This document shows positions 19,901-30,406 of a stretch of DNA of 62,218 nt, in pieces. The notes under the pieces were generated by a model. It was given only the letters and a program-made list of their open reading frames with translations. It was not told where the DNA came from and made no database searches. The position numbers were made by a program, and so were the translations under genes. The stretch covers positions 4,861 through 67,078 of the forward strand of contig CAYNNY010000001.1 of the NCBI GenBank assembly GCA_964398555.1. The letters are read 5' to 3'. The first letter of the stretch is position 1. Every line of letters starts with the position of its first letter. The stretch is from an uncultured Verrucomicrobiales bacterium. GTDB taxonomy: Bacteria > Verrucomicrobiota > Verrucomicrobiia > Verrucomicrobiales > Akkermansiaceae.

Positions 19901-21931
19901 TTACTTGGCGGGGGCAGCGTCGAAGACGAGGACTTCAAATGGTTTGAGTTCGACGTCCATGGATTGCCCAGCCTTCGCCTGGAGTGATTGGAGGCGTTGG
20001 TCTTTATAAGGTGAAGTAAGGCGGTAGCTACGGGTGGCTCCTTGGGGAAGCTCGAAGACTTTTCCTATATCCAGGGAAATTGTTTGCGTCTGATCGCTTG
20101 GGTTTCTCAATGTAATGGTGCCCAAATTCGCGTTCCATGCCCCGAATCCATAAACCTCAAGCTTCGCGGGATCTCCTCCAATAAAATGGGAATCGATCAA
20201 GACAGACGCATTCTTTTTTGCCCACTGGGCTGAAGCGGCAATGCAATCCCAGTCGGTGGCATTCAGCACACTGGGAGTGAGGTAGAGCTCTTGAAGCGCA
20301 TACCCACCACCAAAAAATGAACGCACCTCACTGACAAAGTTTTCTTTGTTTTTCACCGTCTTTTTCGGAAACATATGACCGTTGGCATACACAATCCCGT
20401 GATTCATCATCGCATTAAGCGGGTAAATAAATCCGGACTTCTTAATTACACCATAAGTCAGCGCATCGCGGTAAGTCATCCATTTCTCCCGGTTGTTCCC
20501 CTTCCCCATGAAGCCCATGTCTTGGCCGCCACGCCATGTGCAGTCGACCTGATTCAGCCAGAAGGGAGATTGCCAGGTGCCCACCGTGGTGTTGATAAAT
20601 AGCTCAGGGTTGAGCACCCTTAATTTATCGGCAATATCCATGAGCGCCATAAAATGACCGCTGACCCCACCACCCAGTTTATCCCACTTGAAGTAGTTAA
20701 TCTGGTCGTCGTTGATAAATTTGCGGTGCCTATCGAGAAACCATTGGTAGTAAATCGGTGATGAAAGATCGAGGGATTTGATACCCATTTTCTGCGCCTG
20801 TTTGCGACGTTCCCTCGAACCTTTGTAACCACCTCCAGGTGACAACCACACGCCTAGGTGAGAATCAATTTCCGACAACCTTTTGGCCAGAGGAGTAAAG
20901 CCATCGGGGAATTTTTGGGTATTAAAAACCCAGAATCCTTTTCGATAGTCGTCATAGCCATCATCCACGACGTAGGAAACCACCTTAACTCCTCGTTTTT
21001 CGCCAAGCTCGTGGTGAATCGTGTTGATGCGATCCAGCATGTTTTTCTCACTCACCCGACGTTCAAGGTCAAACCAACAGTTGTAATGAAGAAATGGAGC
21101 GTAGGACCGCGAGCGCTCGCGGTCGAGGTAGTAGAGAAAGTCGCGGCGGAGTTGCCCGGAGGTAAAAACACCAATAACTTGGGAAAAGGTGTTAATCACT
21201 CCTTTTTGAATGGGCAATTTTGCACTGAACTCCTGGGTGAGTCGGCCATTTTTGATTGTGTTTTTGAAAAATGGAACTTCGGTGCCAAAAAAAGTTTGCC
21301 CCACAATGACAGGTGCCCCTTTATTGCTGACTCCCACCTGCTTGGCTGATGGTGCGGCAAGATTGCTAAGCAGACTGATCCGAGTGAGTGTAATTGGCTT
21401 GTTTCCGGTGATCGACACCGTGGATTTGATGTAGTTAGCCCCCTTTCGAAGTTCAGCGGTCCAGCGTACTTGAAGACCAGTGGATTTACTTTCGAGAGTA
21501 GCCGTAATCGCCTTGCCGGAGATCAGTTTTCCTTTGGATGACGATTTTTTCAAAGGTTTGACCGTGATTATTTCGGGCTGTGATATCCATTTCCATTCGC
21601 CGATGGAAGCTTGGTTCTTTTGGCTCGAAAAAGAAAAAACCGGAGATGCATCTTGTTTGAGATCGGCCCCGGTGAGTTTGTTGTGAATGCTGCTGAGAAA
21701 AATTTGAGCCCCCTTGAACTGCCAGCTAACCGCCATCACTTCGTTTTCGAGAGTCGCCGTGTGAGCGGACTGATCCATGGACGCCTTCGGCGCACCGGGT
21801 GCCAGCCCGGAAAATTCAAGCGCCTGAGCTAATGGTGTGAGAATAAGAGACAAAATAACAGAAAGTCCTCCACATCCAATAACACGGGTAGAAACCAAAA
21901 ATAAAATAAATCGGGATAAGTTTGCGCGCAT
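19901..21931 (-). CDS. Clan GH-D (GH36/GH27-like) glycosidase; putative alpha-galactosidase or alpha-GalNAcase
   Basis: PFLHYNCWFD, VVDDGYDD, LGVWLSP.GGY, YFKWD (nucleophile motif) and WRGGQD (acid/base position) match the clan-D TIM barrel; ATG 21931 precedes a hydrophobic signal region. Confidence 0.7.
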   Translation of the reverse strand: MRANLSRFILFLVSTRVIGCGGLSVILSLILTPLAQALEFSGLAPGAPKASMDQSAHTATLENEVMAVSWQFKGAQIFLSSIHNKLTGADLKQDASPVFSFSSQKNQASIGEWKWISQPEIITVKPLKKSSSKGKLISGKAITATLESKSTGLQVRWTAELRKGANYIKSTVSITGNKPITLTRISLLSNLAAPSAKQVGVSNKGAPVIVGQTFFGTEVPFFKNTIKNGRLTQEFSAKLPIQKGVINTFSQVIGVFTSGQLRRDFLYYLDRERSRSYAPFLHYNCWFDLERRVSEKNMLDRINTIHHELGEKRGVKVVSYVVDDGYDDYRKGFWVFNTQKFPDGFTPLAKRLSEIDSHLGVWLSPGGGYKGSRERRKQAQKMGIKSLDLSSPIYYQWFLDRHRKFINDDQINYFKWDKLGGGVSGHFMALMDIADKLRVLNPELFINTTVGTWQSPFWLNQVDCTWRGGQDMGFMGKGNNREKWMTYRDALTYGVIKKSGFIYPLNAMMNHGIVYANGHMFPKKTVKNKENFVSEVRSFFGGGYALQELYLTPSVLNATDWDCIAASAQWAKKNASVLIDSHFIGGDPAKLEVYGFGAWNANLGTITLRNPSDQTQTISLDIGKVFELPQGATRSYRLTSPYKDQRLQSLQAKAGQSMDVELKPFEVLVFDAAPAK

Positions 21932-22033
21932 GACGGCGCGATCCTTACAGCAACGAAAGCATTGCGAAAACACAAAAATTTAAATCCTACAATTAACTAC
22001 CCTCAATAATCACCACTATCAATCGCCCCCCCT

Positions 22034-23224
22034 TCACTCACCTCCACCCCGAGAGATTGATTTTTCTTTTCTGTATTGACTAGCGGTTTGGCCGGTTTGA
22101 CGTTTAAAAAACTTACTGAAATTCCCAGAATCTTCAAAACCACAAAGTAAAGCTGTCTGCTCAACAGAATCATCGGTATTGATCAGATGACGCTTCGCGA
22201 ACTCGGTTTTGACTCGCCGAATTTCCTCACCTGGCGTACATCCAAATAATTCACCAAAGCGTTTCGAGAATGTTACCTGTGAGACATTCAACTTCCCTGC
22301 CAATTCAGCAACGGAGAGCCCATCACAGGCCCGATCACTAATTTCCTGATAGATTCTCCGATAGGCATTCTCAGCCCGCCCCCCGCCCGTTGTCGATTCA
22401 CGATCGATCACTGGTGGAGGCGAAACGTGGACCACTGATTCAATAACAGATTTTACTACAAGGGCATCCCTCAGCAGACCTATAGCCTGTCGGCCAATTA
22501 ATTGACCGGGTTGAGGAATAGTTGAAATCAAAGGACTGCCACTTCGAGACACCGAATAATCGCCCAGTCCTAGAACCGCAAGATCATCAGGAATTTTCAA
22601 CCCTTCCATCGCAGCATTAGCACAAATTGCACGAGCCACATAGTCATCATCACACCAGATGGAAGCCGGCTTCGGCAATTCAGCGAGAAAACGACGCAAC
22701 TCCTCACCAAACTCATCAACCTTCATAACGCGGTGAACACTATCAACCCCCTCGGTAGGATGAATTTCGTGAGATATAACCTCAAACCCTCTCTCGAGAG
22801 CCCGATCAAAAAAACGTTCCCGACGAACACTCAAAACGCTGTTGGATGTATCAACCCCAATGTAAACAATCAATTCACGTCCCAACGATGCTAAATGCTC
22901 GAACGCCAACTCTTCCACGGCCACTCCGTGAAACCCAATCTGAGGCACCCCGCGAGCCACCCAGTTTTTACTGGCACTAAGCATAATCATTTTTTCTTCC
23001 AGTAAACGTTCGATCCAAATGTCCCCAGAATAGGGCCATACAAAAGCAGCATCGAACTCGAGAGGTCCGTCAGGTAAGGGTGATTTTCCTTGTGAATATG
23101 GCATCTCATACAAGGTTATTTCGGGATGCTCACCCGCATACAGCATCGCACCTTCCAGCAGTCGACCTGAATACTCAGATTCAACGGGTAATAGAACGGC
23201 AATTCTGTATGATTGTAGGCTCAT
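22034..23224 (-). CDS. XylR-type transcriptional regulator (LacI-like sugar-binding domain + C-terminal AraC double HTH)
   Basis: N-terminal periplasmic-binding-fold motifs (EHLASLG, LPKPASIWCDDD, IPDDLAVLG, ISTI) and AraC signature (LSVAELA...FSKRF...AKRHLINTDDSVEQTALLCGFEDSGNFSKFFKRQTGQTASQYR). Confidence 0.92.
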   Translation of the reverse strand: MSLQSYRIAVLLPVESEYSGRLLEGAMLYAGEHPEITLYEMPYSQGKSPLPDGPLEFDAAFVWPYSGDIWIERLLEEKMIMLSASKNWVARGVPQIGFHGVAVEELAFEHLASLGRELIVYIGVDTSNSVLSVRRERFFDRALERGFEVISHEIHPTEGVDSVHRVMKVDEFGEELRRFLAELPKPASIWCDDDYVARAICANAAMEGLKIPDDLAVLGLGDYSVSRSGSPLISTIPQPGQLIGRQAIGLLRDALVVKSVIESVVHVSPPPVIDRESTTGGGRAENAYRRIYQEISDRACDGLSVAELAGKLNVSQVTFSKRFGELFGCTPGEEIRRVKTEFAKRHLINTDDSVEQTALLCGFEDSGNFSKFFKRQTGQTASQYRKEKSISRGGGE

Positions 23225-23429
23225 AGGGAGGTATAATAGAGAGGTATAGGACGCAGCTAGATACGCCGAACTTCATCACATATTTACGAAGATGCCACAT
23301 TATTTTTCGAAAAAGGCATAAACCCATCAATCAATGATTATTTATCCATATATGAACACGACTGCTACACCCTAGAACTAGGGGCTTTCCAACCAAAACA
23401 GCTATCTTTTCTCGACAATCTTTCGGAAA

Positions 23430-23483
23430 CGCCATGTTTTTTTGTCTGATGACATGGACAAGCCCTCATAAATCCTCTATATT
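23430..23483 (+). promoter_or_regulatory. Sigma70-like promoter with shared motif (copy 3), upstream of the PilX-like gene
   Basis: CGCCAT-N14-TGACATGGACA, -35 TGGACA (23455-23460), 17 bp spacer, -10 TATATT (23478-23483). Confidence 0.7.
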
Positions 23484-23513
23484 GTATATACATTTGAAAC
23501 ACCACCTCCACCC

Positions 23514-26500
23514 ATGCATATTCTTAACCCATCCACCAACCCTCCTTCTAACTTCACCCAACAAGGAAAATCCCGCCATGGTTTTGCCCTAATTGCTACG
23601 ATTTCTGTAATGGTTTTGCTCGTAATGATCGCGCTCGCGATGCTGAGCTTAAGCTCTATTGAGCTACGATCAACACGCAACAGTGAAGCGATGAAAAAAG
23701 CGCAATCCAATGCCCGGCTAGCTCTAATGATCGCCATCGGTGAACTTCAAAAATCTTCCGGCCCTGACCAGAGGGTGCATGCCGAAGGAAATATGAAAAC
23801 CGCAGCCGCCGGAACACGCTCCCACTGGCTAGGGGTTTATCGCTCATGGCTCGACACGGATATTACACGTCCTCCTGAGCCAGAGTTCCTGGGCTGGATG
23901 GTATCTGGTGACCCTCAAGCTCTAGCCCTTCAAGATGCCGTAGCAGCAGGTACGACCGTGGCCGATGAAATGATTATGATGGTGGGTGATGGCAGCGTGG
24001 GGAATGCCGCACCGGCAGACGCCAGAGTGGAGGCTGGACTACAAAAAATCGGTAACTCCGGTGGTTTGGCTTGGTGGATTGGAGATGAGACGATGAAGGC
24101 CCGCATTCCAGCATCAAAAATAGAAACCACGGAGATGGTTAATTTACGGGCCGAGCTGATGACAGCTCCGCAAGCTGGAATTCAGAGAATATCAGAGCTT
24201 TCCACCGTTTCACTGACCGATCCTCAAATAGACAAAGCCATCACACTGAGCAGTATAGACTTTATCGCAGACGGCACTCTTGAGCAGCATTTTCATGATC
24301 TTACCACAAACTCGATGAGTTTGATTACTAATGTACGAAAAGGCGGCTTCCGCAAAGACCTCTCTCTGGAGTTAGAGAAACCTGAGGCGGATAGACCGAA
24401 CTCACCGCTCTACACCGTTGAGGGGAAGCCAGGGATTTCACTAGGTGAGCTTTGGGATTACTACAATGTGTGGCGGGAGTTGACCTATTCGACAAGCAGT
24501 ATACCGCATCCGGATGGTGGCTCGATCCCCTCAGGATCACCGATTTTTGAAATGCCGCCTCTTCCGACAGCGGGCGAGCCTAAAGAAAAACTTAATAACA
24601 TAGAACCCTACTATACATATAAGCGCCTAACAGTCCTTCGCAATATGTGGGTTTACTCTTTGATGTCAAAAAAATCAGGAACAAGTAATGGTGAGGATCT
24701 TTATCAGCTTTACATGGTGCTTGATCCTATCATGACTGTCTGGAATCCTCTGGACGTGTCTGTTCATTTCGATCCCTATGCTCACCAATCATTCAAATAC
24801 TGGAACAGCCCTTACAAAGCAGAAATATCAATTGGCGGTAATGTTGTATTTGATAATGAATTTAAAAAAATGCTTGGTGGGTCGAGGTTTCAATGGGGGA
24901 ACACCATGTGGACTCGCTATGGGAGAGTTGAGCCAATCACACTGCGCCCTGGAGAGGTGCAGGTCATTTCCCAAGGCTCAACTACCACAGTGAGCATGGG
25001 ACAAAATGAGAATTTCAAAATGGTGGACGTCCAACTAGGCTGGAATTTCGGAAGCGGATTCCGCTATAAAATAAGAAAAAAATCAGGTGACAAGGACAAG
25101 AGATACCCTTCGTTTCCTGGCTCTAAGGAAATAACCTACACCTTGTCGCCTTCAACAAGAACACTCAACCGAGCCGTGCTTGAGTTTCTCCATTATCACG
25201 GCAGCCCAGAAATAAAAGGCTCTACAACTGAAAGAGGCCCTCAGGTTGGAAGCTTCTCGATTGATCGTAAAGAACTTAATGTGGAGGACCCTGATGACCT
25301 TAAAGCTGAGGATTACCCTCTATATTTTCCCGTTATCGAGAATGAAGGAACCTTCACCCTTCAGGATATTGAGGACACCAAGCGTCCTATCATGCTGCTT
25401 TCCGCAGAGATTAAAACGGAGTCCCCCCCAGCAGGCTCTTCGGTCAATGCTTTTCAAGGACGTTATATGCAACGTTTCAACCCGAAATTACTAGGTTACG
25501 ATATCCAAAGTATGGACGCTGCCAGTATGGCAACCACACCTATGCAAATCGTGGTGATGCCACTCGAAAACTGGATGTCACCGTTTCTCGATGGAGGGAG
25601 CACAGGTGTCGGTTTTTTTGGTGGTGGCTATACCTCGGGAACAGGATCGAGCTATGTTGTAACACACTCTATTCCTCGCGAACCCATCTATTCTCTGGCA
25701 GCATTCCAACATGCTATGGCAAACGGCACCATTACTCGATCTCCAGGACCTGTGCCTCCTGGGGAAAAATTTCTTGAGCCATCCATTAGCCACGCTATCG
25801 GAAACTCATTTGCGCCCTCGTTTTTGGCCTCGAACGAAACAGAAGGAACTATCAACGAGTCACCGGCTGCCGACCACTCCTATTTGGTCAATCAAGCACT
25901 TTGGGATGATTGGTTTTTCTCCTCTATCGCACCACAAACAGCAAAATCATGGCAAGACGCGGGTATTAATCGTGAGCAGAACACTGTATTTTCCGAATTT
26001 CTCGGCATTGGTGGCGCGGATTCCAAGCCGCTACCTAACCGTCACATGAAGGCCTGGGTCTCAGATCCCGAAACCGTAATGACTGATATTTTTCAAGGAA
26101 CTGCTCCAACTTCAGACGCCGCTATTAAAGTAGCATCGCACCTGATGATCGAAGGAGGTTTCAATGTCAACTCCACCTCAGTGGACGCATGGAAACTACT
26201 TCTTTCCAGCCTGAGAAAACAAAAAATGCCTGCCATTGAACCTGCTACCCCCAATAGCGAAATCGCAACTCAGGCCGAAGGCGTCCCCTCAGGAGCCCTG
26301 CTTACCCCAGTGGGTCAGGCCATTGACAAAAATGATCTCGATGATCTAAAGTCGGAGATGCAATGGCGGGGCTTTCGGGATATTTCCGATGACCAAATAG
26401 AGGAGCTGGCCAAAGACATGGTCGTGCAAGTCCGCAACCGGGGGCCCTTCCTCTCGCTCGCTGATTTTATCAATCGCCGGCTTGATCCGACTGACAAAGA

Positions 26501-26963
26501 AATTGCCAAGAGTGGCGCACTTCAAGCGGCTCTGGATGATACAAATAGCTCAGGCTCCTCGGAACCCATCAATAAAGCCTACGTTGAGGGAAGTAGGGCT
26601 ATCACCGAGGCGGATGCCTCAACCGCTGGACTCGCCTTTCCGGAGGCCGAGGCCGGAGCCTCGTCCGTGGGTATTCCTGGCTACGTGAAGCAGGCTGATC
26701 TGCTCACCTCTATCGGGCCGCTGCTCACTCCACGCAGTGATACCTTCCGCATTCGCGCCTACGGGGAGGTTCGTTCGAAGGACGGAACTCATGTCATTGC
26801 TCGAGCATGGTGTGAGGCTCTTGTCCAACGTACTCCGAAATACCTTGATCCATCTGATGAAGCATGGAAACTTCCGGCAGCCCTCTTAAGCAATACCAAT
26901 AAACTTTTCGGTCGCCGCTTTGTCATCACCAGCTTTCGTTGGTTAGCGCAGAACGAAGTTTAA
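23514..26963 (+). CDS. Giant PilX/GspK-like pseudopilin (Verru_Chthon cassette protein A-like)
   Basis: Prepilin-like leader KSRHG|FALIATISVMVLLVMIALAML (no Glu at +5, as in PilX/GspK), AQSNARLALMIAIGELQK..GPDQRV, FNVNSTSVDAW, RGPFLSLADFINR, RSDTFRIRAYGE, FGRRFVITSFRWL; these hallmarks recur in verrucomicrobial genomes. Confidence 0.8.
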   Translation: MHILNPSTNPPSNFTQQGKSRHGFALIATISVMVLLVMIALAMLSLSSIELRSTRNSEAMKKAQSNARLALMIAIGELQKSSGPDQRVHAEGNMKTAAAGTRSHWLGVYRSWLDTDITRPPEPEFLGWMVSGDPQALALQDAVAAGTTVADEMIMMVGDGSVGNAAPADARVEAGLQKIGNSGGLAWWIGDETMKARIPASKIETTEMVNLRAELMTAPQAGIQRISELSTVSLTDPQIDKAITLSSIDFIADGTLEQHFHDLTTNSMSLITNVRKGGFRKDLSLELEKPEADRPNSPLYTVEGKPGISLGELWDYYNVWRELTYSTSSIPHPDGGSIPSGSPIFEMPPLPTAGEPKEKLNNIEPYYTYKRLTVLRNMWVYSLMSKKSGTSNGEDLYQLYMVLDPIMTVWNPLDVSVHFDPYAHQSFKYWNSPYKAEISIGGNVVFDNEFKKMLGGSRFQWGNTMWTRYGRVEPITLRPGEVQVISQGSTTTVSMGQNENFKMVDVQLGWNFGSGFRYKIRKKSGDKDKRYPSFPGSKEITYTLSPSTRTLNRAVLEFLHYHGSPEIKGSTTERGPQVGSFSIDRKELNVEDPDDLKAEDYPLYFPVIENEGTFTLQDIEDTKRPIMLLSAEIKTESPPAGSSVNAFQGRYMQRFNPKLLGYDIQSMDAASMATTPMQIVVMPLENWMSPFLDGGSTGVGFFGGGYTSGTGSSYVVTHSIPREPIYSLAAFQHAMANGTITRSPGPVPPGEKFLEPSISHAIGNSFAPSFLASNETEGTINESPAADHSYLVNQALWDDWFFSSIAPQTAKSWQDAGINREQNTVFSEFLGIGGADSKPLPNRHMKAWVSDPETVMTDIFQGTAPTSDAAIKVASHLMIEGGFNVNSTSVDAWKLLLSSLRKQKMPAIEPATPNSEIATQAEGVPSGALLTPVGQAIDKNDLDDLKSEMQWRGFRDISDDQIEELAKDMVVQVRNRGPFLSLADFINRRLDPTDKEIAKSGALQAALDDTNSSGSSEPINKAYVEGSRAITEADASTAGLAFPEAEAGASSVGIPGYVKQADLLTSIGPLLTPRSDTFRIRAYGEVRSKDGTHVIARAWCEALVQRTPKYLDPSDEAWKLPAALLSNTNKLFGRRFVITSFRWLAQNEV

Positions 26964-26987
26964 CCCGATGACTCACATCCTCTAAAC

Positions 26988-27716
26988 ATGAATAGCCTAC
27001 TTCTCCTATCCGTCCTCACTTGTTCCCTTGTCCTTACGCCCTCCCTTCTCGCACAAAAAAACGCCTCAAGAGGCTCTTCATCCCTAAAGAAAAAAAGCAT
27101 CTCAGTGCGTTTACTTGCCGTTGATCTACTCGATGGGGCGAAGGAGGTAGTGATCCATTCTGGCAGTGCTAAACAGGATCCCGAAAATAAGAACCCGTCT
27201 TTATTTATACCCACAGGAAATTTGAGTAAACCAGTCCTAGTGAAACAACGCAATATCTTCCTTTCCCTATTACCACAAGGGGAGGAAAAGATAGGACGGA
27301 TCGTGGCTCAGGCAAAGCTTCCTCAAGCAGGGCGAAGTTTCCTGCTCCTGCTTATCCCTAATAAACAACAACAAAAATACCTCTGTCGAATTGTACGTCT
27401 TGACGATCCGGCTTTTCGGAAAGGTCAGATTTGCTTTTTTAACCTGAGTAAACTGCCAGTTGTCGGCAAACTAGGGAAAAACACATTTAAAGTGCCGCCC
27501 TATAAAATAGTCATCGCTAACCCCACTCCGCAAAAAAATCTGCCTTATTATGAGGTGCAGCTTTTTTACAAATATGGAAAAAAAATACGGGCGCTTGCTG
27601 ACACTCGTTGGCCCTACGATGACCGCAGCCGCTCCTACATTTTCTTTTTTAGCAAAGGTAAACGTCTCACCTATCGGGCGGTCAATGAAGTCGTGCATAC
27701 CGTAAAAACGCCCTGA
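26988..27716 (+). CDS. Secreted basic partner protein of the PilX-like pseudopilin (hypothetical)
   Basis: Starts 24 bp after the pseudopilin stop; signal peptide; Lys-rich beta protein (FLLLLIP...FFNLS...W..D.RSRSYIFF). Confidence 0.7.
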   Translation: MNSLLLLSVLTCSLVLTPSLLAQKNASRGSSSLKKKSISVRLLAVDLLDGAKEVVIHSGSAKQDPENKNPSLFIPTGNLSKPVLVKQRNIFLSLLPQGEEKIGRIVAQAKLPQAGRSFLLLLIPNKQQQKYLCRIVRLDDPAFRKGQICFFNLSKLPVVGKLGKNTFKVPPYKIVIANPTPQKNLPYYEVQLFYKYGKKIRALADTRWPYDDRSRSYIFFFSKGKRLTYRAVNEVVHTVKTP

Positions 27717-27857
27717 ATTCTAAATGACCAAATATGAACACTTTCACTTTTTATCTCAGATTTCGCCTACAGCTATCAACTTCAGGATAATTTATTGAAA
27801 TCATTGTCGATGGAGTCCCGTATCATGTGATCTATCTACCAAACTCATATCTGACTG

Positions 27858-30374
27858 ATGACAAAATATACCCTCCCACGGCTTGCTGGACTTTCTGTAA
27901 TACTGACCTCCTCGACGGCGATTTCAGCCACGGCCGCTGCACCCGCCGACCTCACACTCCGCTACAACCACCCGGCAACCACCTGGAACGAAGCCCTCCC
28001 TATCGGCAACGGTAGCCTAGGTGCCATGATCTATGGCAACACGGACAAAAACATCATCAGCCTCAATGAGGACACCTTCTGGAGCGGTGAGCCATCGTCT
28101 CTGCTCGACTCCCCTCCCCACTACCAAGAAATCGCCAAAGAGGTGGCCCAACTCATCCGTGACGGAAAAAATGCCGAAGCCAACGATCTAATCAATACCA
28201 AAGGCGTCGGCAAACTAGGGCAAGCTTACCAACCCGTCGGCGATCTTATTTTCACATTCAACACCGAAGGCAAAGTCAGCGATTACGAACGCTCTCTCAA
28301 TCTCACCACAGCAGTTCACAAGGTAACTTACCGCCAAAACGGCACCACCTTCACCCGTGAAACCTTCGCAAGTCACCCGGATAAGGTTATCTATATCCGA
28401 TTAAGCACCGATGGCTCGAAGGCATTGGATTTTTCAGCCACCTTCACATCCCCCCACCCGACAGCCCAGCCGATCCCCGCCCATGACGGTATACGCGAAA
28501 TCCGACTGGGTGGCCAGGCTCCGGCCTTCCTCTACCGCCGCGATCTAAAAAATCTCCTGCCCGGCGGCATTAGTAACCCCGCCAATTACCCCGAACTCTG
28601 CAACCCCGATGGTAGCCTCCGAATCCCCGATAAAAAAAATGGAGTCCTCTACGCCGATGATCATGAAGGTCGTGGGACATTTTTTGAATCCCGTGTTCGA
28701 ATATTCAATACCGACGGAAAGGTCAACCAGTCCCCAGAAAAATTAGAGGTCAGTGGGGCGAGCCATGTCACCCTTGCAGTATCCGTTGCCACATCGTTTA
28801 ATGGATTCGATAAAAGCCCGAGCCGCGAAGGGAAAAAACCAGCCGACATCCTAGACAAAATTTTCGAACCCATCGCCCAAGCCAAGTTTGATGACAGAAA
28901 AATTGTCCACGTCTCCGATTACCAGACACTCTTCAACACCTGCCAACTTACACTCGGAGCCGCCAGCCCGCATGCCTCACTTCCCACCAACGTCCGACTC
29001 GCAAAACATGCCGATGACCCCGCCTTCGCCGCTTTGGTCTTTCAATACGGTCGTTACCTATTAATTTCAAGTTCACGCTCCGGCACTCAACCCGCGAACC
29101 TTCAGGGAATCTGGAGCAATAAAGTCATCCCGCCCTGGGGCAGTAGCTACACCACTAACATCAACCTCCAAATGAACTACTGGCCCGCCGAGGTCACCGG
29201 ACTCAGCGAATGTCACCAACCCCTATTCTCACTGATCAGTGAAGCCGTTGGAAATGGCCAACGCACCGCAAAAAAAATGTATGGCATCCAGCGTGGATGG
29301 ACGATGCACCACAACACCTCGATCTGGCGCGAAACCAGCCCGACTGATGGGTTGAGCTGTTGGTTCCCGTGGCCGATGGGGAGCGGATGGCTCTGTAGCC
29401 ACCTCTGGGAACGCTACGCATTCACCGCCGACGCTGTATTTCTCAAAGACACCGCCTACCCCATCATGAAAGGAGCCGCCGAGTTCTACGCGGATTGGCT
29501 CACCCCCAATGCCGAGGGATACCTCGTCACTCCCATCTCCACATCCCCCGAAAACAAATACATCACCGAAGATGGAAAAATAGTCTCCATCACCGATGGC
29601 CCAACCATGGATCTCGCCATCATTCGCGAGTTATTCGCACGCACAATCGAGGCATCCAAACTCCTCAATACAGACCCCGAACTCCGCAAGGAACTCGAAA
29701 ATAAACTTACAAAAATACTCCCCTATCAAATTGGCAAACATGGCCAACTCCAGGAGTGGCCAAAAGACTACGAAGAAAAAGATCCACACCACCGCCACGT
29801 CTCCCACCTCTACGCCCTCCACCCATCCGATCAAATCACTCAACAAAAAACCCCCGCTCTTTTTAAAGCCGCTCGCAAAACCCTCGAACGCCGGGGCGAT
29901 GCCGCTACGGGATGGTCGATGGGATGGAAAATTAATTTCTGGGCAAGACTCGGAGATGGCGATCATGCTTACAAAATTCTCAGTAACCTCTTCAAGCCAG
30001 CCGAAGTCCCAGGCAAACGCGCGCGCTCAGGACTTTATAATAACCTCCTCGATGCCCATCCACCTTTTCAGATCGATGGCAACTTCGGATACACCGCTGG
30101 CGTCGCCGAAATGTTACTCCAAAGCCATCGCCGCGATGAGGCCGGTCACTACATCCTCGACATCCTCCCCGCCCTGCCATCCGCCTGGCCCAGTGGCAGT
30201 ATCCAAGGACTCCACGCCCGTGGCGGCAGCACCGTCGATCTCACATGGAATAATAACCAACTCACCGAGGTCACGATCTCCCCACCGCAGGGGAAATCCA
30301 TCACAGTGAACTACCGTGGAAAAACAACCGTCGTCAAAGGGATTAAAACCACCCTTTCGGGAAAACTTCAATAG
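27858..30374 (+). CDS. GH95 alpha-L-fucosidase (or alpha-L-galactosidase)
   Basis: [90 protein letters not shown]. Confidence 0.96.
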   Translation: MTKYTLPRLAGLSVILTSSTAISATAAAPADLTLRYNHPATTWNEALPIGNGSLGAMIYGNTDKNIISLNEDTFWSGEPSSLLDSPPHYQEIAKEVAQLIRDGKNAEANDLINTKGVGKLGQAYQPVGDLIFTFNTEGKVSDYERSLNLTTAVHKVTYRQNGTTFTRETFASHPDKVIYIRLSTDGSKALDFSATFTSPHPTAQPIPAHDGIREIRLGGQAPAFLYRRDLKNLLPGGISNPANYPELCNPDGSLRIPDKKNGVLYADDHEGRGTFFESRVRIFNTDGKVNQSPEKLEVSGASHVTLAVSVATSFNGFDKSPSREGKKPADILDKIFEPIAQAKFDDRKIVHVSDYQTLFNTCQLTLGAASPHASLPTNVRLAKHADDPAFAALVFQYGRYLLISSSRSGTQPANLQGIWSNKVIPPWGSSYTTNINLQMNYWPAEVTGLSECHQPLFSLISEAVGNGQRTAKKMYGIQRGWTMHHNTSIWRETSPTDGLSCWFPWPMGSGWLCSHLWERYAFTADAVFLKDTAYPIMKGAAEFYADWLTPNAEGYLVTPISTSPENKYITEDGKIVSITDGPTMDLAIIRELFARTIEASKLLNTDPELRKELENKLTKILPYQIGKHGQLQEWPKDYEEKDPHHRHVSHLYALHPSDQITQQKTPALFKAARKTLERRGDAATGWSMGWKINFWARLGDGDHAYKILSNLFKPAEVPGKRARSGLYNNLLDAHPPFQIDGNFGYTAGVAEMLLQSHRRDEAGHYILDILPALPSAWPSGSIQGLHARGGSTVDLTWNNNQLTEVTISPPQGKSITVNYRGKTTVVKGIKTTLSGKLQ

Positions 30375-30406
30375 CACCTAACAATCATCAAATAATAATA
30401 GCCATC

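Noticed and set aside
19901-21931. Toxin interpretation (similar proteins are, from recollection, sometimes labelled 'enterotoxin')
   Set aside because: The sequence shows clan GH-D catalytic motifs (DDG, YxKxD, RxxxD) and sits among CAZymes.
23352-23385. Short ORF MNTTATP and small hairpin CCCTA-GAAC-TAGGG after a degenerate motif copy
   Set aside because: Too short and weak to call a gene remnant or terminator without comparative data.
29596-30309. 237-aa alternative-frame ORF inside GH95, and similar overlapping ORFs such as 38194-38976(-), 41203-41820(-) and 50250-50789(-)
   Set aside because: Each lies wholly inside a well-supported gene, has no recognisable motif, and is explained by codon bias suppressing stops in other frames.
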